Assembly (NCBI GenBank): GCA_964633995.1
Contig: CAZWKN010000001.1
Span: 56,218-120,217 of the forward strand
Length of the DNA: 64,000 nucleotides
DNA from: an uncultured Gammaproteobacteria bacterium
GTDB lineage: Bacteria; Patescibacteriota; Microgenomatia; CAZETR01; Amesbacteraceae
Direction: 5' to 3'
A program made the position numbers and the translations under genes. Positions within the stretch are counted from its first letter, which is position 1. Each line of letters starts with the position of its first letter. Below are positions 9,157-17,619 of the stretch, piece by piece. The notes beneath the pieces are model-generated. The model ran no database searches. It was given only the letters and a program-made list of their open reading frames with translations, and had not been told where the DNA came from.

Positions 9157-10077
9157 ATGATTAGTACTGAAATACATAAATTTGAGCAGCAGTTGGCCAG
9201 AGAGCTAACGCCAGAGTTGGCGGGTGTGTACGTGCAAGGGCTTCTAAAGACTGTAGAAAATGTGGAAAAAGGTGTCGATTGGCATTTTAATTTGGGGGAA
9301 AAGTTGTATGGCCCATTAATAGTGGGGTACGTCGAGTGGTTGGAGAAAAAAGTAAATGAGGTTGGTCATCAGGGGAATGTATATTTTGCCTTGCGGGACG
9401 CTGCTCCTCTAATGACGGCAGCTGAAATCATGTGGCAAGGAAAGACTCTTAAATCGGTTGGGGTGTATGTTAACCGGCCTCTGCTGGGAGTGGATGACGA
9501 AATTGCACCAGAAAAAGCTAAGGTGAATGGCGACATGAAAGCCTATTTGCAAGGTTTGGAGATAACCGGTGCGGAAAAAGTGATTTGGTCGGATACAGGG
9601 GCTTGGGGAACTGTGGTTAAGATGATGAAGCAAACCGGGTTGGTTCCAGGAAACCTTTATCCTTTATTTTGGTATAGCCACAATCCACACATACCGGGAT
9701 ATTTGAATGAATTGTTGGTTAAAGAAGGTTTGCCGGAGAAATTTGGTGAGGTGATTAATGATTCATTGGAATGTGTGTTTCCTCAGCAATGGTTACGACC
9801 ATTGGAGTTAGCATCGGTTCAGGGTGACTGGCAACCAAAATTGTTGCCGGCTGATGGTTTGTCTCGTTTGTGGGGACAGGCGGCTTTGACTGGAGTAGCT
9901 GAGGCGGCGAAGCATAGCCGGGAAGTTGTGTCGGAAGATAAGGCGATAAACCATCTGTATAAGCTACATCAAGAGGCGAAGATGGGGTTTTGCACTGGAG
10001 TACTGGCGGAAAATACTCCAACCTGGTCAAATGGAGAACAGTTTTTAGCTGAATGGTCGGAGGATTTATTACCATGA
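9157..10077 (+). CDS. Hypothetical protein (first gene of the putative regulated operon)
   Basis: The track ORF 9112..10077 starts at TTG. The ATG at 9157 (MISTEIHKF...) directly follows the hairpin and T-tract. No motif recognised. Confidence 0.5.
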   Translation: MISTEIHKFEQQLARELTPELAGVYVQGLLKTVENVEKGVDWHFNLGEKLYGPLIVGYVEWLEKKVNEVGHQGNVYFALRDAAPLMTAAEIMWQGKTLKSVGVYVNRPLLGVDDEIAPEKAKVNGDMKAYLQGLEITGAEKVIWSDTGAWGTVVKMMKQTGLVPGNLYPLFWYSHNPHIPGYLNELLVKEGLPEKFGEVINDSLECVFPQQWLRPLELASVQGDWQPKLLPADGLSRLWGQAALTGVAEAAKHSREVVSEDKAINHLYKLHQEAKMGFCTGVLAENTPTWSNGEQFLAEWSEDLLP

Positions 10078-10844
10078 GTAAGAAAATGATTATTGGGATG
10101 TTGCATTTGGGAGATTTGTTGGGGGATCTGGATGTGGTGGTTGAAAAAGCCTTGTTTGATATAAATGCTTTGCAGAAGGGGGGCATAGACGGGATATTGA
10201 TTGAGAATTGGAAAGAAAAATCGGTGGGTGAGACGGTATCGGTAGAAACGGCCAAGAATATGGCCGTTGTAGCAGAGAAATTAGTTAATGATATTAAAGT
10301 GCCATTTGGATTTAATGTGCTTAATAATGACTATAAAGTGGCGTTTGGGTTGGCTAAGCAGTTTGGGGCGGCATTTGTGGAGCTGGATGTGTTTGTAGAC
10401 ATGGTGAGGAGTAAGTTTGTAAGCAATTTAGAGGCGAAAGCGCACCCGTTTGTAATTGATCCTAAGCCAAGTGAAATCATAAGCTGTGCGACGGTGCCGC
10501 TGTGGTCGTTTGTTCAACCCAAACATTATGAAATGCTGGATAAGGGGAAAACTATTGAGAAGTCAACTCAGCAGGCCATAGAGGCTGGAGTGGCGGCAGT
10601 TATAGTGACAAAGGCTACTGGAGTGTCGCCAACTTTGGAATTGGTAAAGAGAGTTAAAAAGGTAGCAGGAGAGACGCCAGTGGGAATTGGCAGCGGCTTA
10701 AATGAGCAAAATGCTCAAGAGCTGCTTCAAGTGGCTGACTTTGCAATTGTGGGAACGTATTTTAAAATAAATGGAATGGTTGATAATCCAGTGGATGTTA
10801 ATAGGGTAATAAAGTTAATGAAAAAGGCAAGACAGGAACTATGA
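10074..10844 (+). CDS. BtpA/SgcQ-family TIM-barrel protein (tentative)
   Basis: The N-terminal MIIGMLHLG resembles the BtpA family IGxxHL start. Overlapping stop/start with the neighbours suggests an operon. Confidence 0.45.
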   Translation: MSKKMIIGMLHLGDLLGDLDVVVEKALFDINALQKGGIDGILIENWKEKSVGETVSVETAKNMAVVAEKLVNDIKVPFGFNVLNNDYKVAFGLAKQFGAAFVELDVFVDMVRSKFVSNLEAKAHPFVIDPKPSEIISCATVPLWSFVQPKHYEMLDKGKTIEKSTQQAIEAGVAAVIVTKATGVSPTLELVKRVKKVAGETPVGIGSGLNEQNAQELLQVADFAIVGTYFKINGMVDNPVDVNRVIKLMKKARQEL

Positions 10845-11194
10845 AAAATATAGCTATTAAGTCAACTATAAAGTTGGATGATTTGGAGAAGGTAGACATT
10901 CGTGTGGGGACAATTGAAAAAGTAGAGGATGTGATGGGTTCAGATAAGCTGGTGAAATTAAGCGTTAATTTTGGTGACTTTAAGAGACAGATATTGGTGG
11001 GAATGAAACAAGAGAGGGAAAACCCTAGGGAGATTGAAGGTAAACAGGCGTTGTTTGTAGTCAACTTGGAGCCGAGAAAGATGGCCGGAGAAATGTCAGA
11101 AGGAATGTTGTTTGATATCGGGTATGCGAATGGGATTACGCCAGTATTGGCAGTTCCAGAGGTACAAGTGCCGGATGGGGTAATTGCGGGATAG
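10841..11194 (+). CDS. tRNA-binding domain protein (CsaA/Trbp111/EMAP-like OB fold)
   Basis: LDIRVGTI...KVEDV...KL....DFG motif pattern typical of the tRNA_bind (Myf) domain; 117 aa. Confidence 0.7.
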   Translation: MKNIAIKSTIKLDDLEKVDIRVGTIEKVEDVMGSDKLVKLSVNFGDFKRQILVGMKQERENPREIEGKQALFVVNLEPRKMAGEMSEGMLFDIGYANGITPVLAVPEVQVPDGVIAG

Positions 11195-11269
11195 TCTAAT
11201 GAGTTTAGGTTCGATTTCAGTTGGCCGTTGATACAGTTTGATACAAAAATTAGCCTCGAAATTTACGGG

Positions 11270-11341
11270 CAGGGGCGCCAGGATTCGGACCTGGACGAAA
11301 GGTTTTGGAGACCCTCATGCTACCATTGACATTACGCCCCT
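11270..11341 (-). tRNA. tRNA-Trp (anticodon CCA)
   Basis: Manual fold of the reverse complement. Acceptor AGGGGCG/CGCCCCT, U8 A9, D-stem ATGT/GCAT, anticodon stem AGGGT/ACCTT with loop CTCCAAA, T-stem CCAGG/CCTGG with loop TCCGAAT, discriminator G. CCA is not encoded. Confidence 0.7.
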
Positions 11342-11388
11342 ATGCAAACATTTTACCCTGACTTGAGTAAATATGGTATGATTTTAGG

Positions 11389-11727
11389 ATGGATTGGGAT
11401 AAGTATTTAAACAAAGCGGAATTTGAGCAGGCTTTGAGTGGTTTGGGTGGACAAGTTGACTTTATAGAGGACGAATGGCAGAAGTTTAGGAAAATATTTA
11501 CCGTCACCTGCCTCAATAATGCTTTTTTACAGCTATCGGAGCCGGAAAGGACAGAGATTATGTCAGGTGTTGATTTACAGGCTCAAGGGGGATCACAGTT
11601 GTTTGTAGATAGATTGGAAAAGTATTTATCGGAGCATGGTGATAAAATTAATGATCTGGAGGGATTGGCAAAACGGAGTGCGTTGCAAGCTAAGGAAATT
11701 TATTTAAGGACGATATCGAAAACATGA
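11389..11727 (+). CDS. Hypothetical protein
   Basis: 112-aa ORF next to tRNA-Trp. Confidence 0.4.
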   Translation: MDWDKYLNKAEFEQALSGLGGQVDFIEDEWQKFRKIFTVTCLNNAFLQLSEPERTEIMSGVDLQAQGGSQLFVDRLEKYLSEHGDKINDLEGLAKRSALQAKEIYLRTISKT

Positions 11728-12176
11728 GCGATAGTGGACTTTCTGAATCATATCAAGCGCGAGAAGCATCGAGAAAAGCGTCAGTAAATCGGACTGGTTG
11801 GATTAACGATGCAGTCCATGGGCTTGGAATGGCGGGGGGAGTAGTTGTAGGAGCTGTGGTGGGTAAGGAAGCAGTGCTTAAGGGTTTTGAATGGAGTGGT
11901 TTTCCGGGGGCATCGATTATTTTGAATGAAGTAATGACTGGAGCGACTAAAGTGGATATTGCCATGAGATGGATAGGTGCGAATGTTCCACCTGAGGTGA
12001 CGAATGATGTGTTACTTGCGGCGGGAGCTATGGCGGTTGTATCTGCTTTAATAACATGGGGTGTAATTGAGTTGGGGATGCATGCTGCCTTGGGGAGTTT
12101 AAGAAGTGCGGTTGATAAACCAAGAAAATTGAATCCCTTAGAGCAAGTTAAGAGCAAAAGAGGCAAACTTCGGTAA
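11724..12176 (+). CDS. Hypothetical glycine-zipper membrane protein
   Basis: GLGMAGGVVVGAVVG glycine-zipper TM segments; overlapping start/stop with the upstream ORF. Confidence 0.4.
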   Translation: MSDSGLSESYQAREASRKASVNRTGWINDAVHGLGMAGGVVVGAVVGKEAVLKGFEWSGFPGASIILNEVMTGATKVDIAMRWIGANVPPEVTNDVLLAAGAMAVVSALITWGVIELGMHAALGSLRSAVDKPRKLNPLEQVKSKRGKLR

Positions 12177-12211
12177 TTGACTTTTGGGTTTGGAATGATT
12201 AAAAATGCGGT

Positions 12212-12574
12212 ATGAGGTCGAGTGAGTATTTTGATACAAAGATGGTGTTGGCATTTCCTAGGACGGCGGCATACCTTAAAAGTATTGATGTCGATAGGTC
12301 TGACGCTTTGGATTTGATAGTTTGGGAGATGATGTTGGATAAAAAGAAATTTGAAGAATTGGCGGATGCGCTAGGCCGGAAGTTTAGACATGGGCGAGGT
12401 GAGGTGCCGGCGTGGGATAGGGGGGAACGGAAAACTGTGGTCAGGCGTCAGGCTGGAGGAGCCGATAAATATCGGTATTTTGTTTTGGGGGCGGATGGAA
12501 ATTGGGGCGAACTGGAAGAGCGGGTGTGGGTGGTGGGAATGGTTGAGCTATACAAAAAGCGGAAGGCTATTTGA
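12212..12574 (+). CDS. Hypothetical protein
   Basis: 120-aa ORF. Confidence 0.4.
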   Translation: MRSSEYFDTKMVLAFPRTAAYLKSIDVDRSDALDLIVWEMMLDKKKFEELADALGRKFRHGRGEVPAWDRGERKTVVRRQAGGADKYRYFVLGADGNWGELEERVWVVGMVELYKKRKAI

Positions 12575-12805
12575 GCTTTGAGGATTCTTTATGCAGGGTG
12601 TGTTTTCTACACCTGCGGCAATATTTGTTTAATTCAAGCTTTTCGGTGGTGTTGACCTTGTTTTTTTGGGACAAGTAATTTTGGGATTTACAAACCGAAC
12701 AGATGAAAGCAAATGTCTGACGTGCGCCTTTTTTGGCCATATATGAAAAAATTCTAAATCCTAAAGTCTAAGGACCAAATAACTGGTTAATTATACTCTA
12801 ACAGG

Positions 12806-12849
12806 ATAAAAAAAACACTCCCAAGTAAGTGCTTGGGAGTGTTTTTGTG
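12806..12849. terminator. Bidirectional rho-independent terminator
   Basis: An A-run, then a perfect 11-bp stem ACACTCCCAAG / CTTGGGAGTGT with loop taagtg, then a T-run. It lies between convergent genes. Confidence 0.6.
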
Positions 12850-12852
12850 TAG

Positions 12853-13062
12853 TTACTGGGTAGTTGTGGGTGGAGTAGTTACAGTTGCGGCTGCAGAGTC
12901 TACGGCTGCTTGAGCAGCAGAGGCGTCTGGAGCTGGCGTCGGAGCAGCTGTGACTGGCTCCAAGGGGACGCCGCATTTTTGACAAACAAAAACTGTCCCG
13001 GCATCGGTTTGCACGGTTTGACAGTTGGTACAAGTTACTGGTGTTTGATCCAATGAAATCAC
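12853..13062 (-). CDS. Small zinc-ribbon protein with an Ala/Thr/Pro-rich tail
   Basis: CTNCQ...CQKCG (two CxxC pairs); AGGAGG Shine-Dalgarno upstream; 69 aa. Confidence 0.5.
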   Translation of the reverse strand: MISLDQTPVTCTNCQTVQTDAGTVFVCQKCGVPLEPVTAAPTPAPDASAAQAAVDSAAATVTTPPTTTQ

Positions 13063-13136
13063 CTCCTTTATTAATTGCTCTTTTTACTCTAGCTTGCATT
13101 GACAGAGTTGTAAAGACGGAAGACAATATATGGTAA

Positions 13137-14327
13137 ATGAGCACTGCCCTGTTTAATTTGTCTGGAATGTCGTCTCCTGTGGAGATAGTGGATCAAGTGG
13201 TGGAGCAGGCGATTAGGCTTAAAGTGTCGGATATTTTGCTTGAGCCGCAGGAGCGGGAAGTGTTGGTAAGGTTTAGGGTGGATGGGGTGCTTCAAACATT
13301 TGGGTCCATGCCCATGGGGTCGTATGAGCAGGTGTTGTCGAGGATTAAGATCCTGGGCAATATGGATGTGACGGAAAGTCGGAAACCCCAGGAAGGAAAA
13401 ATTCGGGTGGACATTGAGGGACATGCATATGTTTTGAGAGCGGCGGTAGTGAGTACAAACTTTGGTCAAATGGCGGCACTTCGGGTCTTGGATATGCCAC
13501 AATTTACAGAGTTTGAACAGCTGGGAATGGGGGCTGATTTGGCTAAAAGAATTGAAAAGAATATTTCGGGAAGATATGGATTGTTTTTGGTGTGTGGGCC
13601 AACTGGATCCGGGAAAACCACGACAGTACACTCGTGTCTGAAGAAATTAAACACGGGAGAGGTAAATATCATGACTCTTGAGGATCCGGTGGAGTATGTG
13701 ATGCCGGGAATTAACCAAATTGAAGTTGGGGGTGACATTGGATTGGATTTCGTTTCTGGGCTTCGGATGATTTTGAGACTGAACCCGGATATTGTATTTG
13801 TTGGGGAGATTAGGGATGCGGAAACGGCGAAAATTGCAATCCAGGCGTCATTGACTGGGCATCTGGTGATATCTACAATACATGGTCGGAATAGCGTAGG
13901 GGCTTTGTATAGACTGATGGATTTGGGAGTAGATAAATATATGCTTAACTATGCTTTGAGGGCAATTTTGTCCCAGAGGCTCATGAGGCGGGTGTGTGAA
14001 CGGTGTAGAGAAACCTATACCCCGACGGCCGAGGAGATACGGATTTATTCCGAGGAAAAAGGGAGTGGTCCTGTAGGATTGGTGCATGGTCGGGGGTGCG
14101 AATATTGTAATAATTCAAAATACAGGGGTAGGGTGGGGATATACGAACTTTTGGAGATGGACGACGATATAAGAAAATTGGTAATTTCTGGCGCGTCTGA
14201 AACCGAATTTCGGTCGGAAATGGTGCAGAGGGGGTTTGTGGGGATGGATAAAGAAGGAATTAGGCTTGTTGATGAGGGTGTCACAAGTATCAGAGAGTTT
14301 GTGAGAACAATGTATGACGCAAAGTAG
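13137..14327 (+). CDS. GspE/PilB-family secretion/type IV pilus ATPase, short form lacking the N-terminal domains
   Basis: Walker A GPTGSGKTTT, Asp box, His box, and a C-terminal tetracysteine motif (CERC...CEYC) typical of PilB/GspE rather than PilT. Confidence 0.85.
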   Translation: MSTALFNLSGMSSPVEIVDQVVEQAIRLKVSDILLEPQEREVLVRFRVDGVLQTFGSMPMGSYEQVLSRIKILGNMDVTESRKPQEGKIRVDIEGHAYVLRAAVVSTNFGQMAALRVLDMPQFTEFEQLGMGADLAKRIEKNISGRYGLFLVCGPTGSGKTTTVHSCLKKLNTGEVNIMTLEDPVEYVMPGINQIEVGGDIGLDFVSGLRMILRLNPDIVFVGEIRDAETAKIAIQASLTGHLVISTIHGRNSVGALYRLMDLGVDKYMLNYALRAILSQRLMRRVCERCRETYTPTAEEIRIYSEEKGSGPVGLVHGRGCEYCNNSKYRGRVGIYELLEMDDDIRKLVISGASETEFRSEMVQRGFVGMDKEGIRLVDEGVTSIREFVRTMYDAK

Positions 14328-14334
14328 GAGAGTT

Positions 14335-14409
14335 TGGAGCCTGGTCTGAGAATCGGACTCAGGACCTCATTCTTACCAAGAATGCGTTCTGCCACTGAAC
14401 TAACCAGGC
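14335..14409 (-). tRNA. tRNA-Thr (anticodon GGT), CCA encoded
   Basis: Manual fold. Acceptor GCCTGGT/ACCAGGC, TA, D-arm GTTC..GAAC, anticodon stem CATTC/GAATG with loop TTGGTAA, T-stem CTGAG/CTCAG with loop TCCGATT, discriminator T, then CCA. Confidence 0.8.
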
Positions 14410-14429
14410 ACGGGGAAATTTTACATTAA

Positions 14430-14810
14430 TCAGTTGTTTTTTTCTTTGGAAGTTTTTCTGGCCTCGTAAATGGGTTTGGTAATTTCTTCACACTGAAACA
14501 CCAGGTGGGAGTGGGCGGCGGTGGAGATGTATTCCAGAGTTAGGCATAAATCTACAAGTGCGGTGATTTTGGCAATAATAATAAGACAATGATCAAGGGA
14601 TTCGTGCAGCCGAGTTTCAGAAGTACGGGTGTAACCGACGGCAAATTCCCCAACTAAGTTGCCTGCAAGTGATCTGATATCTTTGATGATGCCGTATTTT
14701 TCAAACTCAGGTAACTTGCCGGAAAAGGTGTACAGATCCTTGGCAAACATCTGGAGTTGCTCGTAGAGGATTTTGTTTTGATGCCGGAAGGGGAGATTTG
14801 ACATGGCCAC
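14430..14810 (-). CDS. Four-helix-bundle protein (the family often annotated as 23S rRNA-intervening-sequence protein)
   Basis: 126 aa; the YEQLQMFAKDLY...LPEFEKYGIIKDIRSLAGNLVGEFAVGYTR pattern resembles the TIGR02436 family. Confidence 0.5.
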   Translation of the reverse strand: MAMSNLPFRHQNKILYEQLQMFAKDLYTFSGKLPEFEKYGIIKDIRSLAGNLVGEFAVGYTRTSETRLHESLDHCLIIIAKITALVDLCLTLEYISTAAHSHLVFQCEEITKPIYEARKTSKEKNN

Positions 14811-14812
14811 GA

Positions 14813-15691
14813 TTATTGGGTTTTTTTGCGGCGGGCGAAATAGAGAACGATGGCGAGTGCCGGAATCCAGAGAACTGAATAGACTGTAAGCCAGATGAGG
14901 GCAGTGCCGATGCTTTGGATAGAGGACATGAGAGTTCTTACTGCAGTTTTAAAGATAACTTGGGGCCTCCAGGGCTGAGAAGGGCTATATGGCAGGGAAA
15001 GTTCGTCTGTGGATAGATTTATGGAGACGAGGGATGTGGAAGTGGTGTTTTCCAAATATTGCTTTTGGCCCTTGTACGAATCTATTTGATCCTGAATTTG
15101 GAAGATGGATTGTTGAACGCGGAGTATTTCGTCTACATTTTTTGCCCTACTCAAAATATCTTCAAACGTAGATTTGGTTTGGGTTAAGGTGTTTAGCCTG
15201 GATTCGATGTCTAAATATTGATCAGTGACGTCGGTGCCTGATACGTTTTCAGAGACGACTCGGACGGCCAGGTTTCGAATGGTTTCTAAAAAGGTTTCGA
15301 GTTTGGTTGACGGGACACGGACAGAAATATACCCAGTGGCTCCTCCTTCAGGATATTGGGCGGATGAGTTGACCATGAAGCCTCCGACAGATTCAGCTTG
15401 AGATCTGATGTCTTGAGTTGATTTTTTGACATTTTTGACCAATAGGGAAAAATCGGAATTGGTGACGGTTTTGCGGTTTGTTAGGGGGATGTTTGGGTTG
15501 GCAGACTCCGGTATTGGCAAAAGGGATCTACTCATGCCGAGACTGGCCACGCCGACACTGTCAGAATACGTAGGAGCGGACATTTTAAGGGTGGAGACAC
15601 CAAATAGGGGGATGGTTAGCGATTTGCCAAGAAGAAAAATTACAACCAGAAGTAGAAATGAAGAGAGCTTGTTGGATTTGATCCACTTCAT
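14813..15691 (-). CDS. DUF4349-like membrane-anchored protein
   Basis: N-terminal signal/TM, central polar coiled-coil-like region, C-terminal TM helix; this architecture is typical of DUF4349. Confidence 0.4.
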   Translation of the reverse strand: MKWIKSNKLSSFLLLVVIFLLGKSLTIPLFGVSTLKMSAPTYSDSVGVASLGMSRSLLPIPESANPNIPLTNRKTVTNSDFSLLVKNVKKSTQDIRSQAESVGGFMVNSSAQYPEGGATGYISVRVPSTKLETFLETIRNLAVRVVSENVSGTDVTDQYLDIESRLNTLTQTKSTFEDILSRAKNVDEILRVQQSIFQIQDQIDSYKGQKQYLENTTSTSLVSINLSTDELSLPYSPSQPWRPQVIFKTAVRTLMSSIQSIGTALIWLTVYSVLWIPALAIVLYFARRKKTQ

Positions 15692-15765
15692 GTTTTTATA
15701 TTAACACAAGTTTGTTTTGTGTGCCGGGAGCAGGATGTTGGCTTGCGCCAAGAATCCTGTGTTTG

Positions 15766-15848
15766 TGCCGGGAGCAGGATTCGAACCTACGAAGGCGAAA
15801 GCCATGTGATTTACAGTCACACCTCGTTGACCGCTTGAGTATCCCGGC
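15766..15848 (-). tRNA. tRNA-Tyr (anticodon GTA), class II with a long variable arm
   Basis: Manual fold. Acceptor GCCGGGA/TCCCGGC, D-arm CTC..GAG, anticodon stem TGTGA/TCACA with loop CTGTAAA, 14-nt variable arm, T-arm GTAGG-TTCGAAT-CCTGC, discriminator A. Confidence 0.8.
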
Positions 15849-15891
15849 AATGAAATGATTATAAAGCAGGAGAGTAGAAGAGTAAAAGATT

Positions 15892-15966
15892 TGGAGCCGG
15901 GAGGGAATTTTGCAATCCCGACCTGAGCTTTACAAAAGCCCTGCTCTACTTCTGAGCTATCCCGGC
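15892..15966 (-). tRNA. tRNA-Thr (anticodon TGT), CCA encoded, non-canonical T-loop
   Basis: Acceptor GCCGGGA/TCCCGGC, TA, D-arm GCTC-AGAAGTA-GAGC (no GG), anticodon stem GGGCT/AGCTC with loop TTTGTAA, T-arm GGGAT-TGCAAAA-TTCCC with a U·U mismatch and no TΨC, then T and CCA. Confidence 0.6.
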
Positions 15967-16205
15967 GTAGAGCTATTTTAACAAAAAAGTGTCCCGCCAA
16001 TCAGGTGTTTAAGGTATCTCCCCCGAGTCAAATGAAAGTGGGCTGGCTACCCTGTCAATAATGCTTGAGGCAGGGATGTCCTTACGGGTACTAGGACCCA
16101 TAAAAATTTGCGCCGTGCCCTTCGAGAGAAAAATAGTCAAGGAAAATGTCCCTAACGATCCTTCTTGGCAGGACAAATATATTATACGGGATTGTCAACA
16201 TAAAA

Positions 16206-16247
16206 AGTGCTAAGTGCAAAGTACTAAGTACTAAGGGTTAGGGTTGG
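16206..16247 (+). repeat. Heptamer array: AGTGCTA AGTGCAA AGTACTA AGTACTA AGGGTTA GGGTTGG. It spans the stop codon of the S2P gene.
   Basis: Read directly from the sequence. Confidence 0.7.
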
Positions 16248-16825
16248 CCGATGAGGAGGTTGATGATGAGGTGGGAGATGGGAGAAAGAACTGTGGAGGC
16301 CAGGCCGGTAAAAATCAAAATCATAAGTAGTAGAAAGTGGGTTTGAGAAGGTGCGCCGTAGTGATTGGTAAAGATTTTGGACCCGTCTAATGGAGCGATG
16401 GGAATTAGGTTAAAAAGGGCAAGGTTTACATTGAGACTTATAAGAGAATAAAGGACAGTGCTAAGGGTAAAGGGCAAAGTACTAAGGCGAAAAATCAGAG
16501 AAAGTATAATTGCGAGAAGAAGATTGCTGGCGGGACCGGCTAAAGCAACCAGGCGGACATCTTTTGCGGGGTTTCTGAGATTGTATGGGTCAAACGGGGC
16601 GGGTTTGCCCCAGCCAAAGGTGCCGGTAACTAGCAGAATTAGCGTGCCCATGGGATCCAGGTGGGCTAGGGGGTTTAGGGTAAGCCTGCCCATCGATTCC
16701 GGGGTGGGGTCGCCCAGCCGGTCTGCCATAAAGCAGTGGGCGGCTTCGTGTATGCCTATGGCAATAATTATGCCGCCAAATATAACCACAAAAGCGAAGG
16801 GGTTGGAAAAAAGTAAACCGAGCAT
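16238..16825 (-). CDS. Site-2 protease family zinc metalloprotease (peptidase M50, small SpoIVFB-like)
   Basis: HEAAHCFMADRLGD (HExxH in a TM helix) and a downstream LDG motif; 195 aa polytopic. Confidence 0.7.
   Translation of the reverse strand: MLGLLFSNPFAFVVIFGGIIIAIGIHEAAHCFMADRLGDPTPESMGRLTLNPLAHLDPMGTLILLVTGTFGWGKPAPFDPYNLRNPAKDVRLVALAGPASNLLLAIILSLIFRLSTLPFTLSTVLYSLISLNVNLALFNLIPIAPLDGSKIFTNHYGAPSQTHFLLLMILIFTGLASTVLSPISHLIINLLIGQP
16457..16491 (+). repeat. Heptamer array: AGTGCTA AGGGTAA AGGGCAA AGTACTA AGGCGAA. It lies inside the S2P gene and encodes LSTLPFTLSTV.
   Basis: Read directly from the sequence. Confidence 0.7.
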
Positions 16826-16842
16826 GGGTTTATTCTAACATT

Positions 16843-17619
16843 TTGACAAGTAGGTATAAAATCAAACGTATGGCTGGTGGCGAACGAATAATTACTTCTT
16901 TGTGGGCCAATGTCCCTATTCCGACGGGAGGTAGGATGGACGGGTGGAAGGCTATTCCTATCGCCTCGGAGTTGAGTGCAAACGAGAAACTGATCGATTT
17001 AGCAAAGTTGCCCTCTGGATATGGCATTGTGGTTGAGCCTAAATATTTTCTTGACGGGGTGTCTGGGGCCACTTTTGAGCAAAAACTACGAGAGGAAGCG
17101 GTGGTGAGGTTAGTTAGAGCGGCCAGGCTGGTGGCAAGCGAAGGTTTGAGAATAAAAGTATGGGATGCCCATAGACCACTTGAAACACAGCAGGGTTTAT
17201 TTGATGGTTTTTGGAGAATGCTCTCTGTCGCTAGTCCAAGCTTAAGTTATGAACAGCTGATGGCGCTTACCCAAACATACGTTTCGGTTCCAAGTGAGAA
17301 TATAACTAGGCCGTCTCCACATTTTACTGGGGGACCGGTGGACGTAACATTGGTTGATAGAGCGGGTAGAGAACTAAATATGGGTACCGGTTTTGACCAT
17401 TTTGGCCCCGAAGCGGCAACGGCGTATTTTGAGAATCCACGAAATATTGTGACGTTGAGTGATGTGGAGGCTATGATGAACAGGCGACGGTTATATCATG
17501 CAATGATTGGGGCAGGGTTTTCTAATTATTCTGAAGAATGGTGGCATTTTGATTTTGGAAATCAATTCTACGCCAGAATGACGGGGCGGCAAGCAAAGTA
17601 TGGACCTATCGCAAAATAA
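16843..17619 (+). CDS. D-Ala-D-Ala dipeptidase (VanX-like, peptidase M15D)
   Basis: Zn ligand and catalytic motifs including the SEEWWHFD-like EWWHFD and the HRPLETQ region. Confidence 0.65.
   Translation: MTSRYKIKRMAGGERIITSLWANVPIPTGGRMDGWKAIPIASELSANEKLIDLAKLPSGYGIVVEPKYFLDGVSGATFEQKLREEAVVRLVRAARLVASEGLRIKVWDAHRPLETQQGLFDGFWRMLSVASPSLSYEQLMALTQTYVSVPSENITRPSPHFTGGPVDVTLVDRAGRELNMGTGFDHFGPEAATAYFENPRNIVTLSDVEAMMNRRRLYHAMIGAGFSNYSEEWWHFDFGNQFYARMTGRQAKYGPIAK

Noticed and set aside
13063-13136. TTGACA-containing candidate promoter between the zinc-ribbon gene and the pilB-like gene
   Set aside because: No acceptable -10 hexamer lies at 16-19 nt spacing, so it is not reported as a feature.
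14045-14395. 116-aa minus-strand ORF
   Set aside because: It overlaps the 3' end of the PilB-like gene and the tRNA-Thr(GGT) gene.
15701-16000. 99-aa minus-strand ORF
   Set aside because: It lies entirely over the tRNA-Tyr and tRNA-Thr genes, so it is a spurious ORF.
16231-16247. TTAGGGTTAGGGTTGG telomere-like hexamer repeat
   Set aside because: It is the degenerate tail of the AGTGCTA heptamer array at 16206-16247. There are only two hexamer copies, which is probably coincidental.
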